Below are positions 24,496-39,113 of a stretch of DNA of 64,000 nucleotides, piece by piece. This stretch comes from an uncultured delta proteobacterium (GTDB lineage Bacteria; Myxococcota_A; Polyangia; Polyangiales; Polyangiaceae), in assembly GCA_963782055.1 (NCBI GenBank), contig CAWAIF010000003.1:2912001-2976000 (forward strand), given 5' to 3'. Position numbers and translations under genes: made by a program. Positions within the stretch are counted from its first letter, which is position 1; every line of letters starts with the position of its first letter. Below the pieces are notes generated by a model, which saw only the letters and a list, made by a program, of their open reading frames with translations, was not told where the DNA came from and searched no databases.

Positions 24496-25908
24496 GTGAC
24501 GGATCTCATCGTGTGCTACGCGGAGCGGCCGCTCACCGGGAGCGTGCCGGTGCCCTCGGACAAGAGCATCGGCCACCGGGCGCTGCTGCTCGGCGCCCTC
24601 TGTCATGGCAAGAGCCGCATCCGCGGGTTCGCCGGCGGCGGGGACAACCGCTCCACCGCCGCCGCGCTCACCGCGATGGGCGTGGCCATCGAGGAGTCGG
24701 GGGAGGGGCGCGCCCGCGAGCTGGTGCTCACCGGCGCGGGCCTGTTCGGACTGCGCGCCCCCACCGCGCCGCTCGACTGCGGCAACTCCGGCACCACCAT
24801 GCGCCTTTTGTGCGGCGTGGTCGCGCCCCAGCCCTTCGAGTCGGTGCTGGTGGGCGACGCCTCCCTCTCTGCGCGCCCGATGATGCGCGTCGTCGGTCCG
24901 CTTCGCGCCCGGGGTGCACGCATCGACGGCGCGCCGCACCCGACACGCCGCGTCCCTTCCGCTGCGGCGAGCGGCGCGCCCGGCGAGCCGGACATCACCG
25001 CCCCGCTGGTCTGCCACGGCCTGCCCGAGGGCGAGTACCTCGGGCCCATCGAGCACACGATGAAGGTCGCCAGCGCGCAGGTGAAGAGCGCCCTGCTGCT
25101 GTCGGGGCTCTACGCGCACGGGACCACCTACGTGCGCGAGCCCACGGTCTCGCGCGACCACACCGAGCGCCTCCTGCTGGCGCTGGGCGTGCCGCTGCGC
25201 GCCTTCGGGCCACTCGTCGAGCTGGACCCGGCGGGGTGGAGCGGGCAGATGCCCGCCTTCGACGTCGAGCTCCCGGGCGATCTCTCCGCCGCCGCCTTCC
25301 TGCTCGTCGCCGCGCACATGGTGCCGGGCTCGCGCATCACGGTCCGGCGCGTCGGCACCAACCCCACACGCACCGGCGCCCTCGAGGTCGCGCGGGACAT
25401 GGGCGCGGGCCTGCGCGTCGAGCCCGGCGGGGAGACGGGCGGCGAGCCGGTGGGCGACCTCCACGCCTTCTACGCGGAGCTGCGCGGGGGCAAGGTCGGC
25501 GGTGAGCTGGTGGCCCGCTCCATCGACGAGATCCCCGCGCTCTGCGCGCTGGCGGCGCGCGCCCACGGCGAGACCCTCATCATCGACGCCGCCGAGCTGC
25601 GCGTGAAGGAGACCGATCGCATCGCGGCGATGGTCGAGGTGCTGCGCGCCTTCGGGGTCGAGTGCGAGGAGCGGCCGGACGGCATGGTCGTGCGGGGGCG
25701 AGATGGCCCGCTGACTCCCGCCCGCGTGAGGAGCCGCGGCGACCACCGCATCGCGATGACGGCCGCCGTCCTCGCGCTGGCCGCCGGCGGGCCGGGGGCC
25801 GAGAGCCGGATCGAGGACGTCGACTGCATCGCGACGAGCTTCCCCCGCTTCGTGGGGACGCTGCGTGCCCTGGGTGCGGACGTGCGCGCGGATGTGGGCG
25901 CGATTTGA
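24496..25908 (+). CDS. aroA: 3-phosphoshikimate 1-carboxyvinyltransferase
   Basis: PSDKSIGHR, DCGNSGTTMR, ASAQVKS, SRDHTER, ELRVKETDR, DHRIAM, TSFP. Confidence 0.96.
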   Translation: MTDLIVCYAERPLTGSVPVPSDKSIGHRALLLGALCHGKSRIRGFAGGGDNRSTAAALTAMGVAIEESGEGRARELVLTGAGLFGLRAPTAPLDCGNSGTTMRLLCGVVAPQPFESVLVGDASLSARPMMRVVGPLRARGARIDGAPHPTRRVPSAAASGAPGEPDITAPLVCHGLPEGEYLGPIEHTMKVASAQVKSALLLSGLYAHGTTYVREPTVSRDHTERLLLALGVPLRAFGPLVELDPAGWSGQMPAFDVELPGDLSAAAFLLVAAHMVPGSRITVRRVGTNPTRTGALEVARDMGAGLRVEPGGETGGEPVGDLHAFYAELRGGKVGGELVARSIDEIPALCALAARAHGETLIIDAAELRVKETDRIAAMVEVLRAFGVECEERPDGMVVRGRDGPLTPARVRSRGDHRIAMTAAVLALAAGGPGAESRIEDVDCIATSFPRFVGTLRALGADVRADVGAI

Positions 25909-26014
25909 GTGGCGCAACACGAAATCGCTCTCGACGGGCGATTGGCCCTGATATGGATCGTATGTTGGCCGTTCATTGTAATGAGCCAGCGCTTTCGCGG
26001 AGGTCTGCTCGAAC

Positions 26015-26872
26015 ATGACTTCGGATAGAGGCAGGAGAACCGTGCGCCCGGGGCGCTCCAGCCACCGGCCCCCGGCGTCCACGCGCTCTGGTCGCGTCTC
26101 GTCGCCTCCGGCGCGCACGTCGGTCAGGCCTTCGCTGCTGCCCATCGAGGAGGCCGCGGCCCAGAAGCAGCTCACCGTCGTCTACCAGCCGATCGTCGAT
26201 CTGGTGACCGGCAAGCCCTTCGCCTACGAGGCGCTGGTGCGCAGCCGCGTGCCCACCTTCCCCGACCCGCCGAGCATCATCAAGGCGGCCATCGAGGGCA
26301 AGGTCGCCGGGAAGATCGGCCGCGCCATCCGCGAGCTCGCGGCGGAGGGCTGCCCGGACGCGCCGCTCTTCCTCAACATCCACCCCAACGAGCTGGACGA
26401 CTCCTGGCTCGTGCGTCCGGACGATCCCATCTTCTCGCACGACCACCCGATCTACCTGGAGATCACCGAGTCGGTGCCGCTCACGCATTTCCGCTTCTGC
26501 CAGGGCGTGCTCTCGGAGGTGCGCGGGCGCGGTGCCTATCTCGCGGTGGACGACCTCGGCGCGGGCTACTCCAACCTCAAGTACATCGCCGACCTCAACC
26601 CGGAGATCGTCAAGATCGACCGGGAGCTCGTCGCCGGCATCCGCAGCGGGACGCGCCTCTTCAAGCTGGTGCAGGCCATCGTGCGGCTGTGCAACGACAT
26701 GGGGGCGAAGGTGGTGGTGGAGGGCATCGAGACCTACGAGGAGTTCGCGGCGGCGCAGGACGCGGGCGCGCAGTTCGGCCAGGGCTACTACCTGGCGCGG
26801 CCCTCCAACCCGCGGCCCTCCTACGACTGGAAGCGCATCTCCATGGTCCCGCTCGTGGGTGGCAGTCCGTAG
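26015..26872 (+). CDS. Stand-alone EAL-domain c-di-GMP phosphodiesterase
   Basis: YQPIV, EALVR, FLNI, LEITE, DDLGAGYS, KIDR, EGIET, QGY. Confidence 0.92.
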   Translation: MTSDRGRRTVRPGRSSHRPPASTRSGRVSSPPARTSVRPSLLPIEEAAAQKQLTVVYQPIVDLVTGKPFAYEALVRSRVPTFPDPPSIIKAAIEGKVAGKIGRAIRELAAEGCPDAPLFLNIHPNELDDSWLVRPDDPIFSHDHPIYLEITESVPLTHFRFCQGVLSEVRGRGAYLAVDDLGAGYSNLKYIADLNPEIVKIDRELVAGIRSGTRLFKLVQAIVRLCNDMGAKVVVEGIETYEEFAAAQDAGAQFGQGYYLARPSNPRPSYDWKRISMVPLVGGSP

Positions 26873-26963
26873 AGCTGCGCCTCACCACGGCGTGTCCCGG
26901 TGCAAGTGGGCTGGCGGGCCGAGGCGTGTTGGTTTCCGCCCCAGGACTTGCTAGACGAGGCCC

Positions 26964-27650
26964 ATGCGCAGCCGCCCGGTCGTGGCGATCGATGGCCCCG
27001 CGGGGGCGGGCAAGAGCACGGTCGCGCGGCAGCTCGCCGCGGCGCTGGACTTCGTCCTGCTCGACACCGGCGCGCTCTACCGGGTCGTCGCCCTCGCCGC
27101 GAAGCGCGCGGGGCTGGCCTTCGACGGCGGCCCGCCGGTGGGGGAGATCGCCCGGGACATCGTCCGGCGTGGCGGGCTCGTCCTCAAGCGCGACGCGGAG
27201 CTGGGGATGCGCGTCTACCTGGACGCCGAGGACGTCTCGGAGGCCATTCGCACCCCCGAGATGGGGATGGGGGCCAGCACCGTCTCCGCCAACCCCGAGG
27301 TGCGGGCGGCGCTGCTCGACCTGCAGCGCCAGGCGGGGGCCGAGGGCGGTGTGGTGCTGGAGGGCCGGGACATCGGTACGGTTGTCTTCCCCGACGCGGA
27401 GGCGAAGTTCTTTCTCACCGCCCGCCCCGAGGTGAGGGCTCGCCGCCGGTGGGAGGAGCTCCGCGCGAAGGGGCAGGACGTGACGCTGGAGCAGACGCTG
27501 GCGGAGGTGGTGCGGCGGGACGCGCAGGACACCGGCCGGGCGGTCGCCCCCCTGCGGCAGGCGGAGGACGCGCTGGTGGTCGACTCCTCCAGCGTGGGCG
27601 TCAGCGAGGTGGTGGCGCGGATGGTGGAGCGCGTCCGGTCGCTGACCTAG
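26964..27650 (+). CDS. cmk: Cytidylate kinase
   Basis: AIDGPAGAGKST, DTGALYR, EGRDIGTVVFP. Confidence 0.97.
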   Translation: MRSRPVVAIDGPAGAGKSTVARQLAAALDFVLLDTGALYRVVALAAKRAGLAFDGGPPVGEIARDIVRRGGLVLKRDAELGMRVYLDAEDVSEAIRTPEMGMGASTVSANPEVRAALLDLQRQAGAEGGVVLEGRDIGTVVFPDAEAKFFLTARPEVRARRRWEELRAKGQDVTLEQTLAEVVRRDAQDTGRAVAPLRQAEDALVVDSSSVGVSEVVARMVERVRSLT

Positions 27651-27701
27651 CCTCCGGGCGGGCGGCAGGGTGGGGGCAGCCCCCCACGACCGGGCGCCGA
27701 G

Positions 27702-27727
27702 CGTCGGACTGCGAGCGTGCTAGCAAT
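27702..27727. repeat. Degenerate hairpin-module copy (left arm + core)
   Basis: CGTCGGACTGC-G-AGCGTGCT-A-GCAAT between cmk and rpsA. Confidence 0.62.
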
Positions 27728-27806
27728 GGGGCGCGCGGGGCCCGCGGGGGCGGAGGACACTGCGCATCGGTGCAGGCGGGGGCGGCCCGCGGCTTGCCTT
27801 TGGCCT

Positions 27807-27835
27807 TTGACAGGGAGGGCGTCGTGGCGTACACA
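27807..27835 (+). promoter_or_regulatory. Possible sigma70 promoter for rpsA
   Basis: TTGACA-N17-TACACA (imperfect -10). Confidence 0.4.
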
Positions 27836-27972
27836 CCCTGCTCCCGCGCGGCCAAAAGGCGCTCATTTGCCTGCGGCCGTGGGACGAGATCCAACCCCAA
27901 CCCGCGCACCGCGCCCCTCGGCACGGACGCGGCAACGTCGGGCATCGCCCGAGAAGAGCAGACGAAAACTTC

Positions 27973-29814
<1,842 letters not shown>

Positions 29815-29997
29815 GCCTCCCGCCTTCCTCCGACTCGCGCTCGGGTGCCCGGCCGCGGCGACATCTCACACGGGATGTCGTTCGCGGCCGTCGCACTTCC
29901 ATGTGGTCACGCGCGTGCCCGTCGTGGCGGAGGCGGGCGGGGCCCGTCGAAGGGCCCCCCTTATCCTCCCTCGCCGATTCCTCTACAGTGCGCTGGC

Positions 29998-30510
29998 ATG
30001 AGCACGCCGCTCTGGGCGCCCTGGCGGATGGACTACATCCTCGGCAAGAGGGCGGACACCTGCATCTTCTGTGACTTCCCCGCGAGGGACGTGTCGCACC
30101 GCCGGGAGGACCTGGTGCTCGCGGTGCAGCCGCACGGCTTCGTGTGCCTCAACCGGTACCCGTTCACCGCCTCGCACCTGCTCGTCGTGCCGCGACGGCA
30201 CGCGACCGACCTCGGCGATCTCGGGGAGGAGGAGGCCACGGCGTTCTTCGCGCTCCTGCGCGCGACGGTCGCACGGGCGCGCGCGGCGGTGATGCCCGAC
30301 GGCGTGAACGTGGGGATGAACCTGGGCAAGGCGGCGGGCGCGGGCATCGCCGATCACATGCACGCCCACGTCGTGCCGCGCTGGGCGGGCGACACCAACT
30401 TCATGCCGGTCATCGCCGACGTGCGGGTGATGCCGGAGTATCTCCACGAGTCCTACGATCGTCTCCTCCCGCACTTCGCCGACCTGGATCGCGGCGGGGG
30501 CGGCGCGTGA
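29998..30510 (+). CDS. HIT-family (Ap4A hydrolase/FHIT-like) protein
   Basis: LWAPWRMDYI, CIFC, NLGKAAGAGI, HMHAHVVPRW. Confidence 0.92.
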   Translation: MSTPLWAPWRMDYILGKRADTCIFCDFPARDVSHRREDLVLAVQPHGFVCLNRYPFTASHLLVVPRRHATDLGDLGEEEATAFFALLRATVARARAAVMPDGVNVGMNLGKAAGAGIADHMHAHVVPRWAGDTNFMPVIADVRVMPEYLHESYDRLLPHFADLDRGGGGA

Positions 30511-31808
30511 CCCGGCCGCGGGCGGAGCTCATGCCGGGCAGGTGGCGCAAGCCCGTACTGCTCGGGCTGGTGGCGGCCGTGTTGCTGGTGGTCATCGTGG
30601 TGGCGCGGCGGGTGATGACACCCTTCGTGCTGGCGCTCGTGCTCGCGTACGTGCTGACGCCCGCCGTGTCCCTGGCGGAGGCCCGGCTGCGGCTGCCCCG
30701 CGCGCTGGCGATCATCGTGGTGTACGTGGTCGTCCTGGGCTCCCTCTACGGCTTCGTGCGCCTCACCGCGCCGCGCGTCGGCCAGGAGCTGGGCAACCTG
30801 GCGCGCGAGCTGCGTCACGACGCGCAGGTCGCCAAGGACAGCTGGATCCCGGCGATCGAGGACAGGCTCAACAGCTGGGGCCTGTCCACCTCCTCCGACC
30901 CCGCGCCGCCGGAGAAGGCGGAGCCGATCGTGATCACCCCGCGGCCGGACGGCTCGTACGCCGTGGACCTCGGCGACGGCATCGCGGTGCGCCCGAAGGG
31001 CGACGCCGGGTGGGTGATCGTCCCGCACGAGCCGCCCGACCAGCGCATCGATCTCAACCGGATGGCGGACCAGGCCATCGGCCGCACCGCGGCGTACGTG
31101 CGCAGCAACGCGGTGGACCTGCTCAAGTACGGCGGCAACCTCGTGGCGGCCGCGGCGCGCACGGTCTTCGTCTTCGGCATCACGCTGATGCTCGCCGCCT
31201 ACCTGATCCTCACCCGCGAGAAGATCCTCGCCTTCTTCGGCTCGCTCGTCCGCCCGAGCTCGCGCGCGAGCTTCGACGCGCTGGTGGCGCGCATCGACGA
31301 GGGCCTCTCCGGCGTGGTGCGCGGGCAGCTCATCATCTGCCTCATCAACGGCGGCCTCTCCGCGGTGGGGTTCGCCTTGCTCGGGCTGAAGTACTGGCCG
31401 GTGCTCGCCCTCATCGCGACCGTCCTCTCCCTCATCCCCATCTTCGGCGTGATCGTGAGCTCGGTGCCGGCGGTGGCCATCGGGCTCACGCAGTCCATCG
31501 GCACCGGCTTTCTGGTGCTGGCGTGGATCGTGGTCGTCCACCAGATAGAAGCCAACCTGCTCAACCCGAAGATCATGGGCGACGCGGCGAAGCTCCACCC
31601 GGTGCTCGTCATCTTCTCCCTCATCGTGGGCGAGCACCTCTTCGGCGCGCTCGGCGCGTTGCTGGCCGTGCCGGCGATGTCGGTGGCGCAGAGCTTCTTC
31701 TTGCACCTGATCGAGATCGTCCGGCGCGAGGAGCACCGCGAGGACGCGACGGACTCGAAGGACGAGCCGGACGCGAAGGACGAGGAGAAGGGCGAGGCGC
31801 CTGCCTGA
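30507..31808 (+). CDS. AI-2E family transporter
   Basis: PFVLALVLAYVLTP, VRGQLII, HQIEANLLNPKIMG, LHP, GALLAVP. Confidence 0.9.
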   Translation: MTRPRAELMPGRWRKPVLLGLVAAVLLVVIVVARRVMTPFVLALVLAYVLTPAVSLAEARLRLPRALAIIVVYVVVLGSLYGFVRLTAPRVGQELGNLARELRHDAQVAKDSWIPAIEDRLNSWGLSTSSDPAPPEKAEPIVITPRPDGSYAVDLGDGIAVRPKGDAGWVIVPHEPPDQRIDLNRMADQAIGRTAAYVRSNAVDLLKYGGNLVAAAARTVFVFGITLMLAAYLILTREKILAFFGSLVRPSSRASFDALVARIDEGLSGVVRGQLIICLINGGLSAVGFALLGLKYWPVLALIATVLSLIPIFGVIVSSVPAVAIGLTQSIGTGFLVLAWIVVVHQIEANLLNPKIMGDAAKLHPVLVIFSLIVGEHLFGALGALLAVPAMSVAQSFFLHLIEIVRREEHREDATDSKDEPDAKDEEKGEAPA

Positions 31809-32037
31809 GGTCCGGCCGGAGGCCGGCCGACCGCCCGAAGGGCGCGATGACATAGGTCCGGCCGCAGGCCGGCCGACCGCCCGAAGGGCGCGATGACATA
31901 GGTCCGGCCGGAGGCCGGCCGACCGCCCGAAGGGCGCGATGACATAGGTCCGGCCGGAGGCCGGCCGACCGCCCGAAGGGCGCGATGACATAGGTCCGGC
32001 CGCCGGCCGGCCGACCGCCCGAAGGGCGCGATGCCAA
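31808..32037. repeat. Tandem array of five 46-bp units
   Basis: Unit AGGTCCGGCC(GGA/GCA/GCC)GGCCGGCCGACCGCCCGAAGGGCGCGATGACAT starting at 31808, 31854, 31900, 31946 and 31992. Confidence 0.95.
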
Positions 32038-33579
32038 TCACTCCAGGCCGAAGAAGGTCCGCACCTTGGCGAGGATCTGCTGCTCCTCGGTCTCCTGGAC
32101 ACGCTTCTTGGCCTCGGCGTCCAGGTCACCCTTGGCGGCGAGCAGCTCCACCTTGCGCTCGGCCAGGGTGCGCGACATCGCCGCGGCCACCTCCGGCCGG
32201 GCGCGCAGGATGTGATCGAACCCCTTCTTGTCCAGGCGGTAGCACTCCACGTCGTTCACCGCGATGACGTCGTTGGCGCGCGGCTCGCCGGTCATCAGCC
32301 CCATCTCACCGAAGAAGGAGGGTGCCGGGACGTTGGCGACGACGGTGGAGATCTCCCCGTCCCCGTGGACGCGCATCTCCACCTCGCCGGTGACCAGGAT
32401 GTAGAGCCAGTGGGCGACGTTGCCCTGCTTGGTGATGGTCTCGTTGCGCGCGAAGGGTGCGTAGCGCAGGTGGTCGATCAGGGAGTCGATCTCCTCCGGC
32501 TTGAGCACCTTGAAGAGCGCGACCGAGCGGAGCGCGGCGGCCCGCTTGGCGCGGTGCCGCTCCGACCGGCGAGAGTCCTCGCCCTCGTCGATGGCGACGA
32601 AGGTGGTGTTCGTCGGGCGGGCGAAGGGGATGTCGGCGCGGCGCAGGGCCGCCTGCACACGCGCGCGCACCAGGCAGTTCGTCGGGTCGTCGTAGGCGAG
32701 GTCGGTCAGCCAGTAGCGCACGGCGTAGTAGACGAAGCTGTCGCGCCCCTCGCGCGCGAAGTCGAAGGAGATGCAGTGGGGCTTCGGCTCCTCCGCCACG
32801 TTGGGGATGGGCGAGGCCTGCAGCGCCTCGTTCACCACGTCGATGACCTGGTTCTGCGGGTAGCGGAAGTCCACGTTGAAGTAGACCCAGTAGCGGTACT
32901 GCCGGCGCTCCTGCCCCTCCCGCTTGCCCATCACGATGATCTGCTGGGCGAGCAGCATGGAGTTGGGGACGATCAGCGTGCCCCAGTTGCGTGTCTCCAG
33001 CACGGTGTGGCGCCAGCGGATGCGCTTGACCTTGCCCTGCCGGCCGTTGTCGAGCAGCAGCCAGTCTCCCTCGTGGATGGAGCCGTCGAGCTGCAGGGCG
33101 ACGCCGCCGATGACGTTGCCCAGCGTGGACTGCAGCGACAGCGCCAGGATGGCGCTCACCACCGCCGAGGCGCCCAGCACCGAGGAGGCGTTGAAGCCCT
33201 CCTCGCTCATCGCGCCGAGGGTGGCGACGACGTACCCCGCGCCGACCGCGAGATCGCTGGCGATGTCGGGCAGCTCGATGGAGACCGCCGGCAGCGCGAG
33301 GTCGAAGAGGGCGACCACGCCCAGGTTGAGGATGACGAAGGCCTCGAGCAGGTGCGCGCCGAAGCCGAAGCGGTGCGCCCAGCGGTCGGCGCCGGCCACG
33401 CTCGCCGCCACCAGGCCCGCCTCCGCGACCAGCATGAGCAGGTAGAGGATGACGACACGGCGGAGCATGCGCCGGCTCGCCGGCCGGAACCGGTTGACCA
33501 GCATGGCCAGCACGACGATGGCCGCGAAGAGCGCGGCGAGCGCCCACCGGTCGCGGACCTGCGCGAAGAGTGCCCCCAT
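32038..33579 (-). CDS. MscS mechanosensitive channel with a C-terminal cyclic-nucleotide-binding domain
   Basis: TM helices, LSLQSTLGNVIGG, GDW, IVPNS; cNMP domain with FFGEMGLMTGEPR. Confidence 0.9.
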   Translation of the reverse strand: MGALFAQVRDRWALAALFAAIVVLAMLVNRFRPASRRMLRRVVILYLLMLVAEAGLVAASVAGADRWAHRFGFGAHLLEAFVILNLGVVALFDLALPAVSIELPDIASDLAVGAGYVVATLGAMSEEGFNASSVLGASAVVSAILALSLQSTLGNVIGGVALQLDGSIHEGDWLLLDNGRQGKVKRIRWRHTVLETRNWGTLIVPNSMLLAQQIIVMGKREGQERRQYRYWVYFNVDFRYPQNQVIDVVNEALQASPIPNVAEEPKPHCISFDFAREGRDSFVYYAVRYWLTDLAYDDPTNCLVRARVQAALRRADIPFARPTNTTFVAIDEGEDSRRSERHRAKRAAALRSVALFKVLKPEEIDSLIDHLRYAPFARNETITKQGNVAHWLYILVTGEVEMRVHGDGEISTVVANVPAPSFFGEMGLMTGEPRANDVIAVNDVECYRLDKKGFDHILRARPEVAAAMSRTLAERKVELLAAKGDLDAEAKKRVQETEEQQILAKVRTFFGLE

Positions 33580-33589
33580 GGACCGCGCG

Positions 33590-36409
<2,820 letters not shown>

Positions 36410-36537
36410 GGGCAATTGGCTGTAGTTAGCGCAATCTAGGGTCGGCCATCAGACTTTTCCGCCCCGCCGGGCCACCTTTTTGGCAGGGGCACGGCGTCCC
36501 CACCCGCCCCGCGGCACGGGCGTGCGCCGCCCGCGTG

Positions 36538-36557
36538 ATCGCGAGCATGCTCACGAT
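36538..36557. repeat. Core palindrome ATCGCGAGCATGCTCACGAT
   Basis: Same core, intergenic upstream of sucA. Confidence 0.7.
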
Positions 36558-36588
36558 TGGACGCGCCCGGCTGCCTCTGCCGCGAAGG

Positions 36589-37461
36589 TCACTCCCCGGT
36601 GAGCCACGGGAGCAGGTCGATGTCGGGGTCCAGCGAGACCAGGACTGCCTCGACCGTGATGGCGGAGACCACCGTCCCGGCGGGGGCGATGCGCACGCCG
36701 TCCGGGCCGCGCCACACCACCACGCGGACGGCCTGGGAGGTGCGGACGGGCGCGGCGGACTCTGCCGTATCTCCGGTGTCGTCGGCCTGCGTCTTCTTCG
36801 GCCCGGCCTGGTAGGCGGGAGCACCGATGCGCGTGCGCTCGGTCCCGAAGACCGGCACGTCGGCGTTCACCTCCGTCGGCCAGGCGTCGGCCTCCTGCGC
36901 GTTGACGCGGCTCGTCTCACCGGGGTCCGCCTTGGCAGGCTTGCGATCCAGGATCATCTCGTGGGTGTCAGTGTGCTCCTCCGAGGGGTCTGGCCGGCTC
37001 GCCGAGCGCGCGCGGTGGGAGGTGCTCTTGGAGCTGCCTCGCGGCGCGTGTGTCTCGCCGGAGAGCGACTTGCGGTGCGACTTACGCTCGTCCCTGGACG
37101 GCGCCGAGGGGCTCTTCGCGCGCGCGGGTTTCGACGGCGCGGGCTTGGGCACCGGGCGCGCCGGGCTGCCGGCGGCGGGGCGAGGCGCCGCCGACGGGCG
37201 CGGGGCGGACGACGGGCGCGGCGGGGGAATGCTCGGCGGGGGCGGCGGCGTCGAGAGCAAGGCCGAGACGTCGGACGCGGCCTTCGCCAGCTCCAGCGCG
37301 CGCGTGTCGTCGTCCGCCTCCGAGGCGGCCTCGGCGGCGCGACGGAGCCACTTGGCGGCCTCCATGCGATCGCCGCGGCCCCACATCGTCTGGGCGGTCG
37401 ACAGCGCCCACGCCACGTCCTCCGGGTCGTTCTTGCGAGCCTGCGGGATGGGAGACTGCAT
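36589..37461 (-). CDS. Hypothetical protein: helical N-domain, Pro-rich linker, small beta C-domain
   Basis: EDVAWALSTA...WLRRAAEAA helical segment; codon bias. Confidence 0.7.
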   Translation of the reverse strand: MQSPIPQARKNDPEDVAWALSTAQTMWGRGDRMEAAKWLRRAAEAASEADDDTRALELAKAASDVSALLSTPPPPPSIPPPRPSSAPRPSAAPRPAAGSPARPVPKPAPSKPARAKSPSAPSRDERKSHRKSLSGETHAPRGSSKSTSHRARSASRPDPSEEHTDTHEMILDRKPAKADPGETSRVNAQEADAWPTEVNADVPVFGTERTRIGAPAYQAGPKKTQADDTGDTAESAAPVRTSQAVRVVVWRGPDGVRIAPAGTVVSAITVEAVLVSLDPDIDLLPWLTGE

Positions 37462-37578
37462 GGGGCGCACGCCAGCGTCGACCATCCGCCGCGCGGGCGC
37501 AACTGGCTCGTGGCCCCCGGAGGCCGGATCAGCCTCCCGGAGGTTGAACGGCGCCCCGGACCGGAACCGGCGGGCGCC

Positions 37579-37996
37579 TCAGAAGGAACCGGTCAAGCCG
37601 GCGCCCCACCCGGTGCCGAGACGCAGGGGGGCGAGCTCGAGGCGTGCGGCGTCGTCCCTGACGAGCGTGAGGCGGGGGACGAACCCCAGGACCGCGGCCA
37701 CCAGGCTGGATGCCTGCAGAAGAGTGTCGGTGATGAGGAGCGCCGCGATCCAGTCCCCCGCCGCCTCGTTGGAGGCCGGAGCGATGGTGGCCAGCGTCGC
37801 CACGGGGCCGACGACAGGGATGAAGAGCGGCCAGTAGGGGTTTCGGCAACCGGAGGCGTCGCAGAGCTTGCCCGCGTCGCTGCTGCCGACGGTGGCGACG
37901 ATCCGCACGAGCGGGGGGCGCGCTCGATGCCAGGACGGCGCCGACGCAGAGGCAGAGCGCGTATCGCCAGGGTGCAGGAGAAGAGGCCGATCGCAT
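37579..37996 (-). pseudogene. Frameshifted or internally deleted membrane protein
   Basis: Signal-peptide-like MRSASS...APPARAD in one frame; LFIPVVGP...GAGLTGSF body in another; junction near the G6 run at 37913-37918. Confidence 0.45.
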
Positions 37997-38110
37997 GGAA
38001 GCGCTCCATGCGACTCTACCCCGTCGTGGGCGAGGGCGGTCTCCCTGCACATCGACCCGATGGCTCCGGGCGACTTGAAGGCCGCGTCCCGGCCGGCTAC
38101 CCCTTGTCCC

Positions 38111-38311
38111 ATGCAGCTCACCATCAACGGCGAACCTCGCGACGTCCCCGACGGGCTCACCGTCCGCGGTCTCCTCGCGCACCTCGGCCTGGACACCGGG
38201 CCGGTCGCGGTGGAGATCAACCGCGCCGTCGTGCCGCGCGCCGAGCACCCTGCGCGCGCCGTCTCCGCCGGGGACGTGGTGGAGATCGTGCACCTCGTCG
38301 GCGGCGGTTGA
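38111..38311 (+). CDS. thiS: Sulfur carrier protein ThiS
   Basis: 66 aa, INGEPR, VAVEIN, C-terminal GG. Confidence 0.92.
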   Translation: MQLTINGEPRDVPDGLTVRGLLAHLGLDTGPVAVEINRAVVPRAEHPARAVSAGDVVEIVHLVGGG

Positions 38312-38315
38312 CGGG

Positions 38316-39113
38316 TCAAGCATTGCGGGCGACGCGGTCGCACGCCTCGCGCGCCCGCGCCACCTCGCGCGCCACGGCCTCGCGCGCCTTCTGGCAGAGC
38401 GGCCCCGCGGCCGTCTCGCCATCGGCCGGGATGGCAGCGCCCACGGCCATCACCACCGTGCTGCCCGGGCTCGCGGCGAGGCGGGCCAGGTGCTCGGGGA
38501 CGCTCTCGTCCAGGAAGGCGGCGCCCGACCCGCGCGGGTAGGCGATGCCGACTGGGATGACGTCCACCTCCGAGCGGAGCGCCGCCAGGAACGCGCCGGC
38601 GTGGAAGGGGCGGACCTCGTCGCCCTCGAAGGTGGTGCCCTCCGGGAAGACGGTGACGGTGCGGCCCTCGCGCAGGGCGTTGCGCATGACGCGGATGGCG
38701 CCCGCGCGGCTGGAGGAGCTCTGGCGGTCGACGAAGAGGGTGCCGGCCTTCCTGGCGCCCCAGCCGATGAGCGGCCAGCCGGCGACGTCGGCACGGCTGA
38801 GCAGCGCCCCGCCGAAGCCGCGCATGAGGATGACCACGTCGATCATCCCGCGGTGGTTGGCGACCACCAGGCGCGCCCGGCGGGAGGGGACCTTGTCGGC
38901 GTGGTCCGCCTCGCCGAGCACCAGCAGATCGATCCCGAACATGCGCAGCATCGCGTCGCACCACACGCGGGTGTGGCGATCGCGCAGCGCCTGCCGGTCC
39001 GCCTCCGGCGTGCTCGGCTCGCGCACCGCGTAGGCGGAGACGATGCCCGCCGTCGCGCCGAGCACGCCCAGGGCACGGCCCGCGCGTCGCGCCTGCGCCC
39101 GCACCGGGGTCAC
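38316..39113 (-). CDS. 1-acyl-sn-glycerol-3-phosphate (lysophospholipid) acyltransferase
   Basis: NHRGMID (HX4D), FVDR, FPEGT. Confidence 0.9.
   Translation of the reverse strand: MTPVRAQARRAGRALGVLGATAGIVSAYAVREPSTPEADRQALRDRHTRVWCDAMLRMFGIDLLVLGEADHADKVPSRRARLVVANHRGMIDVVILMRGFGGALLSRADVAGWPLIGWGARKAGTLFVDRQSSSSRAGAIRVMRNALREGRTVTVFPEGTTFEGDEVRPFHAGAFLAALRSEVDVIPVGIAYPRGSGAAFLDESVPEHLARLAASPGSTVVMAVGAAIPADGETAAGPLCQKAREAVAREVARAREACDRVARNA

Noticed and set aside
31808..32037. Possible CRISPR array
   Set aside because: The units are contiguous with no unique spacers, and there are no cas genes in the window.
38000..38110. TPP riboswitch upstream of thiS
   Set aside because: No CTGAGA or other conserved TPP aptamer motif visible.
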